Origin: Octopus vulgaris
Taxonomy: Eukaryota
Reading direction: 5' to 3'
Length of the DNA stretch: 64,000 nucleotides
NCBI GenBank assembly: GCA_951406725.2
Contig: OX597814.1
Span: forward strand, 154,008,001 to 154,072,000
Shown here: positions 59,020 through 64,000 of the stretch, one piece after another
Numbering within the stretch: position 1 is the stretch's first letter
How the letters are laid out: the number at the start of each line of letters is the position of its first letter
The notes under the pieces: generated by a model
Database searches by the model: none
Seen by the model: only the letters and a program-made list of their open reading frames with translations
What the model was told of the DNA's origin: nothing
Made by a program: the position numbers and the translations under genes

Positions 59020-59245
59020 TGTATGTATGTATGTATGTATGTATGTATGTGTGTATATGTTTGTATGTCTGTGTTTGTCCCTCAGCATCACTTGAATACC
59101 GATGCTGGTGTGATTCAGTGAAAGAGACTGATAGAATAAGTACTAGGCTTCCAAAGAATAAGTCCTGGGGTCGATTTCTTCAACTAAAGGTGGTGCTCTA
59201 GCAAGGCTGCAGTCAAATGACTGAAACAAATAAAAGAGTAAAAGA
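58338..59245 (+). mobile_element. Dominant SINE copy with an RTE-type tail (58513-58990) inserted in its internal microsatellite
   Basis: SINE head 58338-58505, insert ending in (GAT)n, SINE tail resumes at ~59065. Confidence 0.85.
58513..58828 (+). repeat. Five ~62-bp GC-rich tandem units in ABABA order
   Basis: Unit agcaccatccgttcgt...gccag...ctggc.cc.gtg..ggtg.cacgtaaa. Confidence 0.9.
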
Positions 59246-60060
59246 AAGTACTCCATCTCTTTGAAATATGAACTTTATGATATGAACTGATATACTTTTA
59301 CAATTTTCCATACTGTCATGATTGGTAACATCAGTGATTTCAAATGTGATTTCATTTTTTTCTGCAATAGGATTCTCACTGCTATTGTTTTTTTTCTTTT
59401 ATCTTGGACTGTATTCTATTTTGGTGATTAGTTTCTACTGTTCTGTCATTTTTATTATGCACTATGCTTCTGGCTATTATTTTCATCCAATGCTCTAATC
59501 AGTTCTCATTCATTGAAATCTATCTGATTTTCTTTAACAAGTTTAATTACTTATAAAATATGATTATTCACTCCAATTTATCATATTTTGCCAATAATTG
59601 GATTGACTGGCATCAATCTATTAATAATCTAATAATTCTTGCTTAAGCAAGAATTATTAAATAGATTTGTCTTCCAAACACAGATATTATGAATGAAATA
59701 TGATGAAAGAATGATCTTATTTTTAGAAATATTTACTTAATTCCAATAAATGAAAGTGTTTTGATGATGAAGATATGTGAAATGGGGATTTCTATTATAG
59801 ACAAAATGAAACACATATTGGTAAAGGAAGCAACTGACTTGTATTTCTTTTGTTGAGTCTAGAAGGATGAAACTCTACGATTTGTTGAAAATTACAGGCA
59901 ACTTTCTGATCATGATATAAGAGACCAGATTACAAAGTTTAATCTTTATTATTTCTCTCATTCACATTCTAAATACCATTAATATCACACAATGTCATCT
60001 GAGACATTATGCTTTGGTAAAAAATTTATTCAGAGGGTGCTTAACTCAATGGCATAGCTT

Positions 60061-60422
60061 GAGTATGTGCAGCTCAGAGTGTGTGTAACCCAAAGTGTGT
60101 GCAGCCCAGAGTGTGTGCAACCCAGAGTGTGTACAACCTAGAGTAAGTGCAGCCCAGAGTGTGTGCAGCTCAGAGTGAGTGCAGCCCAGAGTGTGTTCAG
60201 CCCAAAGTTTGTGCAGATCAGAGTGTGTGCAGTGCAGAGTGATTGCAGCACAGAAAGTGTGCAGTCCAGAGTGAGTGAAACCCAGAGTGTCTGCAGCCCA
60301 GAGTGAGCACAGCCCAGAGTATGTGTAGCCCAGAGAGTGTGCAGCCCAGAGTGTATTCAGCCCAGAGTGTGTGCAGCCCAGAGTGAGTGCAGCCCAGATT
60401 GTGTGCTGTCCAGAATGTGTGC
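60061..60422. repeat. 16-bp minisatellite (GTGTGTGCAGCCCAGA), roughly 22 copies
   Basis: Direct observation. Confidence 0.92.
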
Positions 60423-61505
60423 CATTCTTAAGTTTGCACCATGTTCTGCTCCCCCTTGAGTGGGGGTCAATACACCCTATAGAGGCTTATACAGGAAACC
60501 TTAAAGTGCCAATCCCATAAAAGCATCATCCAGGGCAGACATTATCCTATCCTTACCAAACTCTGGGCTTAATTACATCTATTTTAAAGTGGATCACCAT
60601 AACCCTTTATCATTCAGATTATTCTGTCAGAGGAAATCTTATTTATTCACATCATTTTGAATTAATTATCCATTAACTTGTTACTTTGAGATTTTGATGA
60701 TGCATTTTTCAGTTTTAGAATAACATTGTATTGTAGGTGTGAGAATCTAAATCTGACTGGTTTTTACTATAAAACAGGTGGAATATTTGGGCTGGGTATG
60801 GCCAGTTAAAGCACTAAAGAGTTAAATTCAGTTGGATGACATTATTTTGTATTAATCTTTAATGCCTTCTTGTAGGTTCTTCTGAAATTTTAAAGAAATG
60901 TCATCATTTTCTATCAGAATTTAGATGTTGGATTCTTCTAAAATCTAAACTATTTTATTCAAATATTATTTTATATGAAGCTCAATTAATATAATACATG
61001 AAACCTTTTTGATACCAACCTGCCCGAGACTACCCCAGGTTCAATGATACAAACTTACTGTTTTTAAGTAATTTAAATTATCACCTTCTCTCACAATACT
61101 ATCCCAATTAATGTTCCAAACTCTAGCTTAACAATAACAAAATTATTTAATTCTTTATCATTTAAAAAATTTATTAAAACTAAAATAGTGTATTTCAAGA
61201 GAAACATGGTAATAAAAGGGCTAATCTTCACAACTACAATGTCCAACCATAAACCAAAATAGAAAATTATTGTTCCAGAAATTTCCTACGATTTCATCCT
61301 AAAATCTCTAACTGACCCAGATAAACACAAAACAATAAAACAGCTGTACTATTGAATGCTCTGCTGGAAAAGATCAGTTGGGTGACCAATATCTATTATA
61401 AATATTAAAACATTTTGAGTTTATCTGGGTCAAACAATTTTAGACTACAATTGTAGAAGTTTATTGGAGTAATGTTCATGAATCTTATGTATGTGTATAT
61501 GTGTG

Positions 61506-61544
<39 letters not shown>

Positions 61545-61546
<2 letters not shown>

Positions 61547-61746
61547 GCATGGACTATGGCTGCTAAGAAGTTTGTTTCATAACCATGTGGTTTTGGGTTC
61601 AATCCTTTTGCATGGCACCTTGGGCAAATGTCTTCTACTATAGCCCCAGACTAACCAAAACCTTGAAAGTGAATTTGTTTGATGGAAACTGAAAAGAATC
61701 CTGTTATGAATGTAAGTATGTGTATGTGTGTGCATGTGTGTGCGTG

Positions 61747-61829
<83 letters not shown>

Positions 61830-62010
61830 GCATGGGCTATGGCTATTAAGAGGTTTGCTTCATAACAATATTTTTGGTTTTAGGTTCAGTCCAATTGCAC
61901 CTTGGGCAAATGTCTTCTACTATAGACTAGACTAACCAAAATCTTGAAAGAGAATTTGGAAACTGAAAAGAATCCTGTTATGAATGTGTGCGCGCATGTG
62001 TGTGTGTGTA
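61545..62010 (+). mobile_element. Tandem duplicated SINE heads separated by (TG)n
   Basis: 61545-61710 and 61828-61985 share diagnostic variants (gactaaccaaaa...aagaatcctgttatgaatgt). Confidence 0.75.
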
Positions 62011-62596
62011 TATTTTAATATAATCGGGGTAAAAAAACCTTGTAGTGTGCTTTCCAAAGCTCTTCCTCTGAAATTCGCTACCAAATGCCATCATACAGTA
62101 GGACTTTCTTCTCACAGGACATACACATTGAGAGCCTTAAATATCCATACAGCTTATACAAAAATATTAACAGAAAATGGATTGAATATGCTTTATTACC
62201 CCCCCACTTCTAGTGTTTCAATACATCACTAACAGCTGTTCATTACTAAGTATCAAATATGTTATAAATAACACATTGTTCTAATTGTTATTATTCAGCA
62301 ATACCAGCAGATGCATTCATAACAGGATTCTTTTTAGTTCCAGAAAATCTCTGTTAAATCAGTCTTTTCTTTCACTCATTATATATCCACACCATTTTCT
62401 TTTTTTAGCAATCTAGACAAAAACAAACAGAAAAAAATATCAAAAATAAACATCATACTCATTGAAACATAAACCGCAAGCATATCATTCTTGGCTGGAA
62501 TTTTATATATATATATATACATACATACATACATACATACATACATACATACATACATACATACATACATACATACATACATACATACATACATAC

Positions 62597-62649
<53 letters not shown>

Positions 62650-62828
62650 CATATATATATATATTAGGAAGTTAAAAGTTATGGCCAGCGACCATTGGTT
62701 TCACAACCTATAACATGCCTAGCAACTCATCAGACTCAAATGGCTGAAGGCACATAGCCTCTCTAGAAACTGGAAGAAGAAATATGTAATGAGTAGTTGG
62801 TTTTGTGAACAAAAAATATTTGTTCATG

Positions 62829-62918
62829 CTGCAGGTGAGAGAAGGTTAGCAGGACAGGGTTAGTGGGATGGGATTAATGGGACAGGAGTAGCAGGACAGG
62901 ATTAGTGGTATGGGGTTA
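62829..62918. repeat. Degenerate 14-bp G-rich tandem repeat
   Basis: gcaggacagggtta/gtgggatgggatta/atgggacaggagta/gcaggacaggatta/gtggtatggggtta. Confidence 0.6.
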
Positions 62919-63089
62919 TCCCCCTTACATGGTGAATTTGGAGGAGCTCTGGTAGGACTATCCAACGAATGGGGAATCCCAAGTCTGAAGCAGGAAACCT
63001 TTTAGATGTGGGCATTGATTGAATACTTCATTCCTGGAGTTTGAAAAGGTTCCCAGGTCAAGTGATTTTTGTAGAATTCGTGACCTTTT

Positions 63090-63123
<34 letters not shown>

Positions 63124-63125
<2 letters not shown>

Positions 63126-63729
63126 ATTTATATATAGAGGGCATTATTATACATACATGCCACACGCTAAGAGGGACATTAGTCATTTCTACCAAAAATT
63201 TTACTAATCCTACCCAAATGCAATTTTTCAAAGCAAGACATTTAAAAAAATGAATTTAGTCTTGTATTACCTGTGATTTCGTACTTACGTACTCATCAGC
63301 AAGACTGGTTCTGAACGCATCATAGATAAACGACCTGTCTCGTCGAAGCCAAACAGCTAACTGTTCAACCCCAACAAAGCACATGGGGAAGTTTACATAT
63401 AATACATCCGGTAAATGGCAGGCTTCTTCGAATTGCATTTCAGGTAGGAAAAGTTTTTTCGGAATAAAATTAATTAACAATTAAGGATAACTTCTTAATA
63501 AGGAATCTTAACAAGAAAATTAGTAAAATTAGTAAAATTTTTGGTAGAAATGACTAATGTCCCTCTTAGCGTGTGGCATGTATGTATAATAATGCCCTCT
63601 ATATATAAATTAATATGTTCAATAAGAAAGAATTATTTTCGAAATTTTTCTCTTATGAGGTTTTTCACGCTATCTACCTGATAATTTCTTGTTAAGATTC
63701 ATTATTAAGAAGTTATCCTTAATTGTTAA
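63124..63729. mobile_element. Non-autonomous hammerhead-containing fold-back element (retrozyme / Penelope pLTR-like) in a (TA)n tract
   Basis: 85-bp inverted repeat 63124-63208/63528-63612; second IR 63474-63522/63682-63729; inner IR 63208-63226/63431-63449; (TA)n on both sides. Confidence 0.7.
63258..63306 (-). ncRNA. Type I hammerhead ribozyme
   Basis: Minus strand AGTCTTG-CTGATGA-GTAC(GTAA)GTAC-GAAA-TCACAGGTA-ATA-CAAGACT: 7-bp stem I, intact core, 4-bp stem II with GNRA loop, short stem III, NUH=AUA. Predicted cut between 63265 and 63264. Confidence 0.88.
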
Positions 63730-63731
63730 AG

Positions 63732-63778
<47 letters not shown>

Positions 63779-64000
63779 TAAAGAGAGAGAGAGAGAGAGA
63801 GAGAGAGTAAACAAATGAGATCCACAAATGCTCACTATAGAAGACACTTAGTAGTGCTCAAATGATTTGAACTTACTCCAAAATCTTTACCAAGGACCAA
63901 GTCCATGGGGTTAAAGAGAAGCTAAAAGAGTAATCCAAGTGAGCAAATATGGAGATAATGATGCAAATAAACAAATAAAACTGTATGGGTTAGATATTGA

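Overview
AT-rich, microsatellite-dense, intron-containing eukaryotic DNA. The SINE and RTE-tail landscape and the RPS5 protein look molluscan and probably octopus-like (inference, not verified). The only complete host gene I can support is 40S ribosomal protein S5 (RPS5/uS7) on the minus strand. It has a non-coding TOP exon at about 36194-36219 and four coding exons (33865-33758, 33173-32964, 31329-31102, 30458-30390) that splice to an intact 204-aa protein. The rest is layered mobile DNA: a full-length decayed hAT/Buster transposon with TSD and a nested RTE, Merlin, mariner, Gypsy, Penelope and CRE remnants, several tRNA-derived SINE families, palindromic MITEs and minisatellites. Most notable: (1) a ~600-bp non-coding element in a (TA)n tract (63124-63729) made of interlocked inverted repeats around an intact-looking type I hammerhead ribozyme, with a core-less relative at ~13364-13573 and degenerate hammerheads elsewhere; (2) an ORF1-only (HAL1-like) retroelement with a CCHC knuckle inserted in the tRNA-derived head of a SINE, whose 3' UTR has a 10-nt complement to its own target site; (3) a 773-bp palindrome with telomeric repeats in both arms. 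Most ORFs in the supplied track are microsatellite or SINE artefacts.
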